A stretch of DNA of 64,000 nucleotides, from assembly GCA_938083505.1 (NCBI GenBank), contig CALKCF010000006.1:38819-102818 (forward strand). Direction: 5' to 3'. The translations under genes and the position numbers were made by a program. Shown here one piece after another: positions 46,325-56,564 of the stretch (position 1 is the first letter of the stretch; each line of letters opens with the position of its first letter). The notes beneath the pieces are model-generated. The model ran no database searches. It saw only the letters and a list, made by a program, of their open reading frames with translations, and had not been told where the DNA came from. The DNA is from an uncultured archaeon. GTDB lineage: Archaea > Thermoproteota > Nitrososphaeria_A > Caldarchaeales > Wolframiiraptoraceae.

Positions 46325-47200
46325 CTATTTGAATGTCCCTGTTAATAAATTATTGAGTGGCTTCGCTTTAAACTCTATAACCACGTGTTCCCTTGTTGCG
46401 GAATAAGATTTTACAACCCTTGAACATATTAGCGTGCTTGTATAACCTAGACGGAGACACAGTTCACTTATCCTATTCCATAGTTCATCTTTTCCGGTTC
46501 CTTTACTCACAAGTTCGTGAAAATGGATCGTAGCACCTCCGGGTTTAACAACACTTAGAGCCGCTGGCAAGGCCTCTATCGTTCCTCCAAAATAGCCCAT
46601 TATAATCCTATCCGCTACACGGCCAAGCGTTGGTGTCAACTCTTTACAATCACCAAGCATAGGTTCCACTATATGTTCAACATTGTTGAGTATTGTATTT
46701 ATCTTAAGATACTTGTAAGCCTCTTCGTTGATTTCTATGGCGTAAACTTTAGAAGGCTTTGAGATCGCGGCACATGGTATTGAAAACTGACCTACACCTG
46801 CAAACATGTCGACTATAACCTCTCCAAACCTAACGGACTTCGCAGTTCTGAGACGTTCGTAACTATTTCCTAGACATAACATCAATTTTGATACGTCGAT
46901 CATAAACTTGTATCCATATTCTTTGTGGATCGTTTCGGCATTCGGATCACCATATATTAACTCCACAACCGGTTGCCTTAGCTTACCGGTAACACCTTGC
47001 AGCCTTAAAACGGTCTTCACGGTTGGGTAAAATTCTGCAACAGCCTTGCCCAGTTCTTTTAGGTCTATTCTTTCGTCTTGAAACTTTACGAGTGCTACAT
47101 GCCCTATAATTTTAGCTTTTTTAGGGAAGATATTTGGGTCAATTTCCGTGAATTTTGACTTTAAGAATTCCTTCAACGAAGTCCGTCGCAAAGTAAGCAT
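46325..47200 (-). CDS. Trm5/TYW2 (Met-10+-like) family SAM-dependent tRNA methyltransferase or aminocarboxypropyltransferase
   Basis: VIVDMFAGVGQFSIPCA SAM-binding motif with the ...ERIIMGY region. 291 aa fits Taw2/Trm5-type enzymes. Confidence 0.7.
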   Translation of the reverse strand: MLTLRRTSLKEFLKSKFTEIDPNIFPKKAKIIGHVALVKFQDERIDLKELGKAVAEFYPTVKTVLRLQGVTGKLRQPVVELIYGDPNAETIHKEYGYKFMIDVSKLMLCLGNSYERLRTAKSVRFGEVIVDMFAGVGQFSIPCAAISKPSKVYAIEINEEAYKYLKINTILNNVEHIVEPMLGDCKELTPTLGRVADRIIMGYFGGTIEALPAALSVVKPGGATIHFHELVSKGTGKDELWNRISELCLRLGYTSTLICSRVVKSYSATREHVVIEFKAKPLNNLLTGTFK

Positions 47201-47258
47201 CCCTGAACGTCCCTTACCTTAAAATGGACATATGCTTATTTTGAAATGTTTCATAACA

Positions 47259-47459
47259 TCATTTAACTTTAACTGCATAGTAGCCTTCTTTCTTAATATT
47301 TAGGAGTGTAGCTATCTCTGAAAGTTCTGGTTTTATAAGTATTAGAAGACCTTGGTATGTTGAAGCAAGATTTGTAGATCCACATACATCACATGTGTCA
47401 CCCGACACTATTCTTTTACAGTTCCTGCATACTTTTTCTCTAACCGACACTTGTTTCAA
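47259..47459 (-). CDS. spt4: Transcription elongation factor Spt4 / RNA polymerase subunit E''
   Basis: Zinc motif CRNCKRIVSGDTCDVCGS, about 66 aa, directly downstream of rpoE'. Confidence 0.8.
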   Translation of the reverse strand: MKQVSVREKVCRNCKRIVSGDTCDVCGSTNLASTYQGLLILIKPELSEIATLLNIKKEGYYAVKVK

Positions 47460-48021
47460 CTTTTCTCTCGGACCCCTTTAACTTTTTCACTTCTTCCTTT
47501 ATCCATTCAATCTTACCTAAGAATGGTTGTCTAGTCGTTATACCGATCTTGCCTGAAGCACCACTCGTTAATGAGACTGCAACTATTCTAGCTCTAACAC
47601 TATCACCTACAATTAGCTTTTTTCCTGTCTTCTTTCCGGTCAGCATGGAATGTTTTTCATCATAATCTAAATAATCATCCATTATTTGGGATATGTGGAG
47701 TAAGGCATCTACTGGCCCTATTCTAACGAAAGCTCCAAAATCCGTAAGCTCAACTACCTCTCCCTCAACTACTTCCTGGACCTTTGGTAGGTATGTAAGA
47801 AGCTTTAGCCTATATTTATGATATGTTGAACCATCCCGGGGTAGAAGATACCCAACCGGTTCAACGTCGATATCAACTATAGCTATGACGTATCCAAGTT
47901 CTTCATCGATTATACCTTCATATATGTTCTTTAACTGTTGCATAGCGACTTCTTTCAATGGTTTGTGAAATTCTTTTGGAGGAATACCTATCGCATTCTC
48001 AACTTCAAATAACATGAACAA
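47440..48021 (-). CDS. rpoE: DNA-directed RNA polymerase subunit E' (Rpb7 homolog)
   Basis: N-terminal Rpb7-like domain plus S1 domain. Conserved start MFMLFEVENAIGIPPKEF. Confidence 0.85.
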   Translation of the reverse strand: MFMLFEVENAIGIPPKEFHKPLKEVAMQQLKNIYEGIIDEELGYVIAIVDIDVEPVGYLLPRDGSTYHKYRLKLLTYLPKVQEVVEGEVVELTDFGAFVRIGPVDALLHISQIMDDYLDYDEKHSMLTGKKTGKKLIVGDSVRARIVAVSLTSGASGKIGITTRQPFLGKIEWIKEEVKKLKGSERKVETSVG

Positions 48022-48094
48022 TTCTCATGCACCTTGTTACTGCCGATTAAACTAACTTATTACGGCACACTCTACTTGGCCTAATATATACTTT

Positions 48095-48532
48095 TCAGGG
48101 TATGAAACCCTCTACCCTTATTTCTCCTTTTTTGTTGAGATATATTACAGAAACATTGGAGTTTCTCAGAGCTCTCCTTAGCCCACTATCTAACGTCAAT
48201 ACAGGCAACCTCAACGCTTTAGCTGTCTTAAGCAGAGCAAGGTCTACGTTCTCCTCCTCTATGCTTGTATTTAACTGCTCGAACTTCTCACAAAGAATAA
48301 GAGCCAAGCCTGCCCTTCTTGCCTTCATACCTCTACCCCTTGCCCTTGCAAGGGACCTGAGTTCTTCAACGACATTAGGTATCACAACAGGAGCGATTTT
48401 TGTGTTCAAACTTTCTTCAACTCTTGCGAGTAAGTCTTCACCTAATTCTGCTATCCTCATTAAAAAACTGGTATCAACAAGTACTCTCAAGGTGCAGTTT
48501 ATCTTACTATACCGTAACCTATTAGTCTCCAA
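48095..48532 (-). CDS. PIN-domain protein (conserved neighbour of eIF2gamma and rpoE)
   Basis: LVDTSFL acidic motif and later D residues. 145 aa. Overlaps the eIF2gamma 3' end. Confidence 0.6.
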   Translation of the reverse strand: METNRLRYSKINCTLRVLVDTSFLMRIAELGEDLLARVEESLNTKIAPVVIPNVVEELRSLARARGRGMKARRAGLALILCEKFEQLNTSIEEENVDLALLKTAKALRLPVLTLDSGLRRALRNSNVSVIYLNKKGEIRVEGFIP

Positions 48533-49743
48533 CCAGTACCTATCTTTCTGCTTATCGTCACCCTGTCACCTATATTGACGCATATCGGTCTTGTAAGTGC
48601 AAACTCCATAACCGTACCCGTCTTTTTTGTCACAACACCTTTTACTACTGCAGAATAGGCATTTATGACGAGTTGTTCCTTTTCTGACAAAGCTTTAACT
48701 TCAACGTCACCTTCAAGACCAACAACTTTGTTGAAAAGTTCGTACTCTAGATGGATGTGGTACATTGTTGGCGGTAAAGTTCCTGGCTTACCTACAACAT
48801 TTCCGGTCAACCCATCAGATTTTGTTAGTGATGGATCAAGCTCCGTTTCGATACCTGTGAGTCCGCCGCTTACTGCCTCCTCAACGTTCTTGCCACCAGC
48901 ACGTATATTCACAACCCTAGTGTATAACGGCTCATAGTTCTCCTGAGGTTTCTCTGGATTTTTCGGTAAACCTGGGGCTATCTCTATCTCATCACCCACC
49001 CGCACCTTTCCTTGAGTTATCGAGCCACCTATGACTCCTCCCCTAAGCTCGTCTGCACGTGTTCCCGGACGGTTCACATCAAACGATCTTAATATCGGCA
49101 TCCTGAATGGTAAATCTAAGTTTCTTTTGGGTGTAGAAATATATTTTTGGATTGCATACAGCAGGACGTCTATGCCTAGGTTATGCTGGCCAGATACAGG
49201 TATTATAGGTGCATCGGCGACGTTAGAGTCTTTAATAAACTCTCTAATCTCCTTATAGTTCTGCAACGCTCTCTCTTTTGATACCAGATCGATTTTATTT
49301 TGAGAAAATATCAACTTATTGATGCCCAATATCTTTACTGCATGAAAGTGCTCGTTATCTTGAGGTTGGGGAAATTTGAACCTTGCGTCAACCACGAACA
49401 GAGCCCCATCGAAGAGGGGTGCGCTTGAAAGCATAGTAACCATCAACGAGTGATGACCTGGACAGTCTATGAATGAAATTGCCCTTTCGAACTCGGTTTT
49501 CGAGCCGCACTTGGGACAAATCTCCTCCGTCGTATAGTTATAAGGTTCTTCGCAAGATGGGCACCTATAGATAGGGGCGTCTGCATATCCTATTCTTATT
49601 GTGATGCCACGCTTAAGTTCTTCAGAATGCCTTGCAGTCCATACACCAGTAATGCTCTGCACGATCGTAGTTTTGCCGTTGTCAACATGACCTAATGTTC
49701 CTATATTAACCTCGGGCTGCTTTGGCAGCGGCTTGCTCATCAT
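48499..49743 (-). CDS. eif2g: Translation initiation factor 2 subunit gamma
   Basis: NIGTLGHVDNGKTT G1 motif, zinc-knuckle CPSCEEP...CPKCGS insertion, DCPGH G3 motif. 414 aa. Confidence 0.9.
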   Translation of the reverse strand: MMSKPLPKQPEVNIGTLGHVDNGKTTIVQSITGVWTARHSEELKRGITIRIGYADAPIYRCPSCEEPYNYTTEEICPKCGSKTEFERAISFIDCPGHHSLMVTMLSSAPLFDGALFVVDARFKFPQPQDNEHFHAVKILGINKLIFSQNKIDLVSKERALQNYKEIREFIKDSNVADAPIIPVSGQHNLGIDVLLYAIQKYISTPKRNLDLPFRMPILRSFDVNRPGTRADELRGGVIGGSITQGKVRVGDEIEIAPGLPKNPEKPQENYEPLYTRVVNIRAGGKNVEEAVSGGLTGIETELDPSLTKSDGLTGNVVGKPGTLPPTMYHIHLEYELFNKVVGLEGDVEVKALSEKEQLVINAYSAVVKGVVTKKTGTVMEFALTRPICVNIGDRVTISRKIGTGWRLIGYGIVR

Positions 49744-49814
49744 TATAAAGATTTTATTAATTTACGCTGTTTATATAGGTTAAATTCTCTATATATTTTA
49801 CTATTTTTTTGGTT

Positions 49815-50243
49815 CTATGTATCTGGGCGGAGCTCCTTTTCGTCAAAAAATATCTTGACTTCCCTCTCATAAGATTCTGGGCTGTCGCATGCGTGAATTA
49901 GGTTGTCAGTCTTATCTAATGCTAGATCGCCCCTTATGGTCCCAGGGCTTGCCTCAGCAGGGTCCGTGGCACCTATCATCTTTCTCACGACGCTTATGGC
50001 ATTCCTACCTTCGACAACGGCAAGGACGACCCTATCACTAGTCATACATGCTACTAACTCGTCGTAGAATGATTTACCTAGGTGTTGTCGATAGAGCTCC
50101 TCGACTTTTTCTCTCGGAAGCTTCGCAATCTTTAATTGAAGTATTCTTAAACCCTTTTTCTCAAACCTTGATAGTATCTCACCGACGAGGCCTCTTTTCA
50201 GACAACTGGGTTTAAGTATTATGAAGGACCTTTCGACACTCAT
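49815..50243 (-). CDS. ndk: Nucleoside diphosphate kinase
   Basis: ERSFIILKP start and catalytic-His motif NLIHACDS. Confidence 0.9.
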   Translation of the reverse strand: MSVERSFIILKPSCLKRGLVGEILSRFEKKGLRILQLKIAKLPREKVEELYRQHLGKSFYDELVACMTSDRVVLAVVEGRNAISVVRKMIGATDPAEASPGTIRGDLALDKTDNLIHACDSPESYEREVKIFFDEKELRPDT

Positions 50244-50255
50244 TTCCTCTTCCCC

Positions 50256-50462
50256 CTAATTTAATGACATATAAGCACGTCTCTCCTTACCGTAAAATTC
50301 CGTCCATTTAATCTTTCTGGGATCTTTCTTGTGTTCTAACATGTAGACTCTACACTTTCTGGAACAGAACCAAAAAGTGGAACCATCATTCTTTACGAAC
50401 AATATACCGTTGCCATGCAAAAACTCTTTTCCACAGAAAGAGCATTTATGTCTAGTTGGCAT
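50256..50462 (-). CDS. rpl24e: 50S ribosomal protein L24e
   Basis: KCSFCGKEF...FWFCSRKC is the TRASH-type zinc motif of L24e. Confidence 0.85.
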   Translation of the reverse strand: MPTRHKCSFCGKEFLHGNGILFVKNDGSTFWFCSRKCRVYMLEHKKDPRKIKWTEFYGKERRAYMSLN

Positions 50463-50494
50463 GAACCTTTCATCCTACCCTCGTTTGAACGCTA

Positions 50495-50719
50495 CTACTT
50501 TATCTTTTCTGCTTCACGTTCTGTATCTAACAACAGAAGTATATCGCCAACCCTGACAGGTCCCTTAACATTTCTCGATATTACCCTACCTTGGTATTTA
50601 CCCTTGAGTATTCGAACCCTAACTTGTGTCACCTCTCCTGTGATCCCTGTCCTCCCTACGATCTGCTCAACTACTGCTGGTACAGGTTCTTCAACTGACG
50701 GAGGTGCTTTCTCGCTCAT
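50495..50719 (-). CDS. rps28e: 30S ribosomal protein S28e
   Basis: [22 protein letters not shown] matches the S28e core. Start taken at MSEK, which has a GAAGTGA SD 8 nt upstream. Confidence 0.85.
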   Translation of the reverse strand: MSEKAPPSVEEPVPAVVEQIVGRTGITGEVTQVRVRILKGKYQGRVISRNVKGPVRVGDILLLLDTEREAEKIK

Positions 50720-50724
50720 GTATA

Positions 50725-51117
50725 TCACTTCGACTTGCCGGACCTTATCTCGGCCACCTTTTTAGTTATCTCGTCAATGTAACCTTTTGCATCGCCTGGA
50801 TCTATTATAGAAACTGAACTTGCTGCAACCGATATGCCAGCAACCTCGCCTAACTCCTTCTTGGAAGGGACAAACATGTAAGGTATTTTCTTCTCATCAC
50901 ATAAGGCAGGTAAGAAGGCAACGATCTCAGGTGGGTCAACGTCCATTGCGATTACAACAAATTTAGCCTGACCCCTCTCGATAGATTTTATCACCTCATT
51001 GACACCCTTACGGGTCTTTCCTGTAAGTCTCGCTATCTTTATCGCCTCCAGAGTTGCCTTAATCAGCTCCTCGGGTGGGTTAAAAGTCAAATAGTAAGCT
51101 CCTGTAGCAGATTTCAT
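50725..51117 (-). CDS. rpl7ae: 50S ribosomal protein L7Ae (K-turn binding; also a component of C/D and H/ACA sRNPs and RNase P)
   Basis: [54 protein letters not shown] matches L7Ae. Start at MKSATGAYY..., which has a G-rich SD upstream. The ORF track's longer start at 51156 is unlikely. Confidence 0.85.
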   Translation of the reverse strand: MKSATGAYYLTFNPPEELIKATLEAIKIARLTGKTRKGVNEVIKSIERGQAKFVVIAMDVDPPEIVAFLPALCDEKKIPYMFVPSKKELGEVAGISVAASSVSIIDPGDAKGYIDEITKKVAEIRSGKSK

Positions 51118-51246
51118 TAGCTTCTCCCCCTTCAGCCCACTTACACCACTTCTCACTTGTAAAAATTAGGCTTCTATTTATCTATATAGCTATCGGAGCT
51201 TACGTAATGCAAAAAGTGAATTAATACTTTTTAGCATCCATGTAAG

Positions 51247-52971
51247 ATGGGCATGAGGATGGAACTACGGGTGCTGATCCTTAAGTGGTCTTTAAAGAAC
51301 GCTATCGAGCACGATGGAAAAGCTATCGTCAAAGCAGTCGTATCGAAAGTGCTCGGCGAGAATCCTGAATTTAGAAAAATGATTGGAGAAGTATTAAAGT
51401 TAGCCGAAGAAGTTGTAGCAAACGTCAACCAAATGGGAGTTGAGCAGCAGATAAAGATGCTGGAGGAAATAGCACCCGCGTTACTTGTAAAACATAAACC
51501 AAAAGAAAAGAAGTTACCACCATTACCGCATGCCGAGCCAGGTAAAGTCGTTACGAGATTACCGCCAGAGCCGAGCGGTTATATGCATATTGGGCATGCA
51601 ATGAGCGGCATCTTGAACTATATGTATGCTAAGATATATGACGGAAAACTTTGGCTCAGGTTCGAAGATACAAATCCAAGAAAGGTCAAGCTTGAATATT
51701 ATGAAAACTTTAGGAAAGGTTACAAATGGTTTGGGATAGAGTGGGATTATGAGAAGTGCAATTCAGAAGATTTAGAATCATACTATAGTTATGCAAACGA
51801 GTTAATAAGAAGAGGTCTAGCATATGTGTGCTCCTGTAGCAAGGAAGATATGAGCAGAAGAAGATTTATGATGACTGAATGTGTACACAGACAACAGCCA
51901 GTCGAGTTGAATTTGTCACTATGGAAGGACATGCTGTCGGGGGTGTTAAAAGAAAGATCAGCCGTGCTCAGACTTAAGGGAGACATGACAAGTAAGAATA
52001 CAGTAATGCGAGATCCTACGCTATTTCGTATAGTCGAACATCCGCATCCAATCGTAGGTGATAAATATAGAGTTTGGCCGACATATGATATTGCTGCTGC
52101 CATAGAGGATGCTATTTGCGGTGTAACACACGTTCTGAGAAGTAGCGAATTTGCTTTACGTGACGAATTACAGAATTATATAAGATCTTTATTAGGTTTA
52201 CAAAACCCAGTTTTTGTAGAATATTCTCGGTTCGAGTTTAAGGGCACACCTTTGGCTAAGAGAGAAATAAGACGTCTAATAGAGCAAGGGATAGTGTCTA
52301 GATGGGATGATCCAAGGTTGGCAACTGTCGACGGAATAAAAAGAAGAGGTTTACTGCCGGAAGCAATAAAGGAGTTCACAATATCCCAGACGGGACTAAC
52401 GTATACAAAAAGAGTTTATGCGTGGGAGCTTTTGTATGCCATTAATAGACGCATACTAGATCCAATCGCGAAAAGGTATTTTCTCGTTCCCGACCCTATT
52501 TTGGTAGAAGTCGAGGGGGCGCCAGAAGTTAATGTTGAGTTGCCATATCACCCATCGGAACCGCTCGGCAAGAGGTTGGTACATGCTGATAACAAATTCT
52601 ACATACCAAGAAAGGATGTGCAGGGACTTAAGGAGGGGGATACGCTTAGACTCAAGTACCTCTATAACGTTTCGATAAAAGAGGTCACTAAACATTTGGT
52701 GAAGGCAACCTTTGTGTGCAGAGACGTATTAGAAGGTGTGCCGATAGTTCAATGGGTAACCGAAGATTATGTTAAAGTCAGAGTTTTGGTGCCAGATGTT
52801 CTGTACCGAGACAACGGGCAAATGAACCCTGATAGCCTAAAGACCATACATGCGTTTGGAGAGAGTGCATGTGTAGAGATTAAATATGGAGAGAGAGTTC
52901 AGTTTGAACGTTTCGGCTTCTGTATAAGGGATGATGCGAACACCCTAGATTTCATATTCATACACACTTAA
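51247..52971 (+). CDS. gltX: Glutamyl-tRNA synthetase (archaeal/eukaryal type)
   Basis: Class I HIGH motif (PEPSGYMHIGHA). Archaeal-type anticodon-binding C-terminus. 574 aa. Confidence 0.85.
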   Translation: MGMRMELRVLILKWSLKNAIEHDGKAIVKAVVSKVLGENPEFRKMIGEVLKLAEEVVANVNQMGVEQQIKMLEEIAPALLVKHKPKEKKLPPLPHAEPGKVVTRLPPEPSGYMHIGHAMSGILNYMYAKIYDGKLWLRFEDTNPRKVKLEYYENFRKGYKWFGIEWDYEKCNSEDLESYYSYANELIRRGLAYVCSCSKEDMSRRRFMMTECVHRQQPVELNLSLWKDMLSGVLKERSAVLRLKGDMTSKNTVMRDPTLFRIVEHPHPIVGDKYRVWPTYDIAAAIEDAICGVTHVLRSSEFALRDELQNYIRSLLGLQNPVFVEYSRFEFKGTPLAKREIRRLIEQGIVSRWDDPRLATVDGIKRRGLLPEAIKEFTISQTGLTYTKRVYAWELLYAINRRILDPIAKRYFLVPDPILVEVEGAPEVNVELPYHPSEPLGKRLVHADNKFYIPRKDVQGLKEGDTLRLKYLYNVSIKEVTKHLVKATFVCRDVLEGVPIVQWVTEDYVKVRVLVPDVLYRDNGQMNPDSLKTIHAFGESACVEIKYGERVQFERFGFCIRDDANTLDFIFIHT

Positions 52972-52985
52972 CAAAGTTGAAACAG

Positions 52986-54077
52986 CTAAAGCCTAACTTT
53001 TGGATGTTGTATACCCCTTTGCTTAACCCACTCCAACAGACGGCCAGTTATCGCAACCTTTGCCTTCTTAAGGGACCCTACATCTCGACAGCCCGTTAAG
53101 AACATAGCGGTCTTCAATTCTGAAACCATTTGCTTTAGAAACGTTACAACCTTATCTGGACCGACCACGGCATGCTGAAGTAACGGTCGAGCTATACCGG
53201 CCATACTCGCACCTATTGCAATGGCCTTAGCAACATCCAAACCGTTTCTTATACCACCCGACGCTATTATCGGAATTTTTGTCGATGCATGAGCTTCTAT
53301 CGTGGCAGCAGCCGTTGGTATCCCCCACTCCAAAAATGTCTTACCTATAGCTGCGTGTTCAAAGAATCCTTTCTCTAATGCTCTTATTCTCTCGATTAAC
53401 GCCCAATTAGTGCCACCGGCACCACCTACATCTATCACAGCCACACCTATTTCCTCAAGCCTTCTCGAAAGCTCGGCGCATATTCCGTAGCCGACTTCTT
53501 TTACAATAATAGGGATCGGCAACCCCTCTGCGACACTTTTTATTGCCTCAAGCACACCCTTAAAAGAAGTCGTGCCATAAGGTTGAACAACCTCATGAAG
53601 CGGGTTAAGGTGGACCGCGAGCGCATTTGCATCAACCATTTTAACGACTTCTTCTGCTAACCTTATACCACCTTTGATGAGCTGCACACCGCCTATATTG
53701 GCGATAAGAAAAACATCTGGTGCGACGTCCCTTACAACCCTAAAGCTTTCTGCAAGCTCCGGCTTCTCCAAGGCTGCCCTTTGACTTCCTAACTCTATGG
53801 GTATGTTAAGTTCTGAGGCGGCTATTGCCAAATTTCTGTTTATTATCTCAGTACCTTTTGCGCCTCCAGTCATACCTTCTATTAGGATTGGTGCAGAGAA
53901 CTTTCTGCTAAGAAATTCTGTTGAGGTATCAATATCAACATAATCCAGCTCCGGTGCAGCAATATGTATAAGTTCTACAAATTCAAACCATGTCGTCTTT
54001 TGCTTAAATTCAACATCTTTCTCTAAGCAAATCCTTATGTGGTCCAACTTCCTGACTTCTATGCTACTTTCACCCAT
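52986..54077 (-). CDS. fni: Isopentenyl-diphosphate delta-isomerase type 2 (FMN-dependent)
   Basis: TIM-barrel IDI-2 with FMN-binding glycine-rich segments (GMTGG..., IIASGGIRNGLDVAKA). Confidence 0.85.
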   Translation of the reverse strand: MGESSIEVRKLDHIRICLEKDVEFKQKTTWFEFVELIHIAAPELDYVDIDTSTEFLSRKFSAPILIEGMTGGAKGTEIINRNLAIAASELNIPIELGSQRAALEKPELAESFRVVRDVAPDVFLIANIGGVQLIKGGIRLAEEVVKMVDANALAVHLNPLHEVVQPYGTTSFKGVLEAIKSVAEGLPIPIIVKEVGYGICAELSRRLEEIGVAVIDVGGAGGTNWALIERIRALEKGFFEHAAIGKTFLEWGIPTAAATIEAHASTKIPIIASGGIRNGLDVAKAIAIGASMAGIARPLLQHAVVGPDKVVTFLKQMVSELKTAMFLTGCRDVGSLKKAKVAITGRLLEWVKQRGIQHPKVRL

Positions 54078-54122
54078 TTGAACCTTAAAGCTTAGGAACT
54101 ACCTCTGATAAATATATGACGG

Positions 54123-54905
54123 TTATGCCACTTTGACCCTAGTGCCAACGACTTTCTGTCCCTTAATTACCGCTTCGACACGGCCTGGAACAAGGCCATT
54201 TATTATATAAACATCTATACCGTGTCTTGCTGCCGCGAGTGCTTCCTCAACTTTATAGAACATACCACCGGTCACATCACCTTCAATTGGTTCATATTTT
54301 AAGCTCATGTGAATTTTCTCGGTTAACTCTTCTATAAGAAAGCGTTGTGAGGTTTTTCTATCGAAACCATAAACACCATCGACGTCTACGAGAAAAATGA
54401 GTTGCTTAGCTTTAAGTCTCATAGCAATGTAGGACGCTAATGCGTCACCGGAAAGTATTGTAAATTTTAACTTTCTATCAAATACCGCATCTCCGTACAT
54501 AACCGGAACGAGACCTATCTCCAGAGCCGAGAATATTGGATCAAAGTTGCACGTCTCTATATCTCCAGAATTTGTAGTGACTGTGCACGACGGTGGTATG
54601 CCTATTACCGGAAGGTCAACGTCATTAAGCGCAGACACCACGAGATCGTTAAGTTTTCTCATTGCGCTGACAGTCTCCACGAAGCCTTTAAGCTGCTCGG
54701 CTTTCTGGTAACCTTTCTTTATTCCGTATGCCTCAGCTATTGGATGGCCGAAGGATCCACCTCCATGGACAATAATCATCGGTGTAGGCCAGATCGACTT
54801 TAGCTCTCCACCTATTCTCAGAACAACATCCCGGTTAAAGGAGAGTGGTTCCTGCTTATTAGTTATGATAGAGCCTCCGAGCTTTAAGACTATTAATTTT
54901 CTCAT
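54123..54905 (-). CDS. ipk: Isopentenyl phosphate kinase
   Basis: Amino-acid-kinase fold. LIVLKLGGSIIT N-terminus and IVHGGGSFGH motif. 260 aa. Confidence 0.8.
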   Translation of the reverse strand: MRKLIVLKLGGSIITNKQEPLSFNRDVVLRIGGELKSIWPTPMIIVHGGGSFGHPIAEAYGIKKGYQKAEQLKGFVETVSAMRKLNDLVVSALNDVDLPVIGIPPSCTVTTNSGDIETCNFDPIFSALEIGLVPVMYGDAVFDRKLKFTILSGDALASYIAMRLKAKQLIFLVDVDGVYGFDRKTSQRFLIEELTEKIHMSLKYEPIEGDVTGGMFYKVEEALAAARHGIDVYIINGLVPGRVEAVIKGQKVVGTRVKVA

Positions 54906-54972
54906 ACTCTTTGACCGTGGAAAAATTATAAAAGGGGGATTAAATTGGTTTTGCTAATTGAACATGCTTCGC

Positions 54973-55380
54973 TTACGTTCGGGAGATTATTGGTCTGAAC
55001 TTGTAACCATAGTATATGATGCCGTGTTCGGATTCTTGTCCTATTACTCTAAACGCCAACTCCACACGCATGCCTATTTTAACATCTTCTGAATCACAAT
55101 CCACTATCTCCGCGGTAAGTTTTGTACCGTCCTCCAGCTCCACAATAGCCATTATGTACGGTCCGTAATTATCTTTCTCAGCCGGTAATGTATGGACAAC
55201 TGTGTAGGAGTATATAGTACCTCTTGGTGGGAGCTGGATCGTTTCAATTTTCTCAGAATTACAAACGGGGCACACGTTTCTTGGACCTATGTATGTCTTT
55301 CCACATACTGTGCACTTCGAACCCAGCAACCCATATCTTCTTTCAGCCAATTGCCATATTCTTGGTGACTTTGGCATCAT
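54973..55380 (-). CDS. DUF35 OB-fold/zinc-ribbon protein, scaffold subunit of the archaeal thiolase/HMG-CoA synthase complex
   Basis: Zinc ribbon CTVCGKTYIGPRNVCPVCNS followed by an OB-fold. Immediately downstream of the thiolase. Confidence 0.75.
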   Translation of the reverse strand: MMPKSPRIWQLAERRYGLLGSKCTVCGKTYIGPRNVCPVCNSEKIETIQLPPRGTIYSYTVVHTLPAEKDNYGPYIMAIVELEDGTKLTAEIVDCDSEDVKIGMRVELAFRVIGQESEHGIIYYGYKFRPIISRT

Positions 55381-55387
55381 TTTTGAT

Positions 55388-56563
55388 TCATCTCCTTTGT
55401 CTCCCGAATATGTGAATTACACACGTGCTCCCGGAGCCACCGATGTTTTGTGTCATGCCTATTTCAGCGCCTGAGACCTGTCTCTTTCCAGCTTCTCCCC
55501 TTAGTTGCTGCACTATCTCAACAATCTGTGCGGCACCGGTTGCGCCTATAGGATTGCCCCTAGCCTTCAGACCGCCGCTTGGGTTAACGGGTATTCTACC
55601 ACCGATCTCTGTCTCACCTTCTTCTATCATCAACCCTCCCTTCCCCTTTTCGCATAGGCCCAAGTCCTCATACGATATTATCTCTGTGATCGTAAAGTTA
55701 TCGTGCAGCTCGGCAACGTCAATGTTCTTAGGTTCTATACCGGCCATCTTATACGCCTGCCTTGATGCACTTACAACAGCGTACAGCGTAGTTATATCAA
55801 ATCTGTCGTGCAAAGCGATGCTGTCCGATGCTGTGCCGAATCCAAGCACATACACAGGAGTGTCAGTATATTTCTTTGCAAGTTCTGCAGAACATAATAT
55901 GATAGCGGCTGCACCGTCAGTCACAGGCGAACAGTCCAAGACGTGCAATGGATCAGAAACTATGGGGGATGCTAGTACACGTTCTACTGTGACCTCGAAT
56001 TGGAATTGCGCTAACGGGTTCTTTGTTGCATTCTTGTGGTTTTTGACAGAAACCATCGCGAGTTGCTCGGGCTTTGTGCCATATTGAATCATGTGCCTCC
56101 TAGCGATCAAAGCAAATGCTGCCGGAAGCGTAAGTCCGAAGAAGGCCTCCCACTCTACATCCATTGCCTTTGCATGTACACTCATCGCCTCAGGTGCTGA
56201 AATGTCTGTCATCTTCTCCACACCACCAACCATCACTATATCGTATATGCCGGACGCTACTGCCATATAGGCTAAGTTAAAAGCCATACCGGAGGATGCG
56301 CATGCACTCTCGATCCTAAAGGCGGGCTTGGACCTCAACGATAAGTAATCCGCCAAAAGAGGCGCCACGTGTTCTTGTCCTACAAAGCTACCTGCAGAGA
56401 AGTTACCCACGAAAAGTGCTTGAACTTCCTTCCTATTCATATTTGCATCTTTTAGCGCCTCGTTTGCTGCTTCGACGAAAAGGTCCCTGAGTTGCTTATC
56501 CCATCTCTCACCGAACCTTGTCATTCCGATACCTACTACCGCCACATCACGCAAACACCTCAC
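55388..56563 (-). CDS. Acetyl-CoA C-acetyltransferase (archaeal acetoacetyl-CoA thiolase)
   Basis: Thiolase-fold active-site Cys region (RIESACASSGMAF) and C-terminal catalytic region (MTQNIGGSGSTCVIHI). Confidence 0.85.
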   Translation of the reverse strand: MRCLRDVAVVGIGMTRFGERWDKQLRDLFVEAANEALKDANMNRKEVQALFVGNFSAGSFVGQEHVAPLLADYLSLRSKPAFRIESACASSGMAFNLAYMAVASGIYDIVMVGGVEKMTDISAPEAMSVHAKAMDVEWEAFFGLTLPAAFALIARRHMIQYGTKPEQLAMVSVKNHKNATKNPLAQFQFEVTVERVLASPIVSDPLHVLDCSPVTDGAAAIILCSAELAKKYTDTPVYVLGFGTASDSIALHDRFDITTLYAVVSASRQAYKMAGIEPKNIDVAELHDNFTITEIISYEDLGLCEKGKGGLMIEEGETEIGGRIPVNPSGGLKARGNPIGATGAAQIVEIVQQLRGEAGKRQVSGAEIGMTQNIGGSGSTCVIHIFGRQRR

Positions 56564-56564
56564 C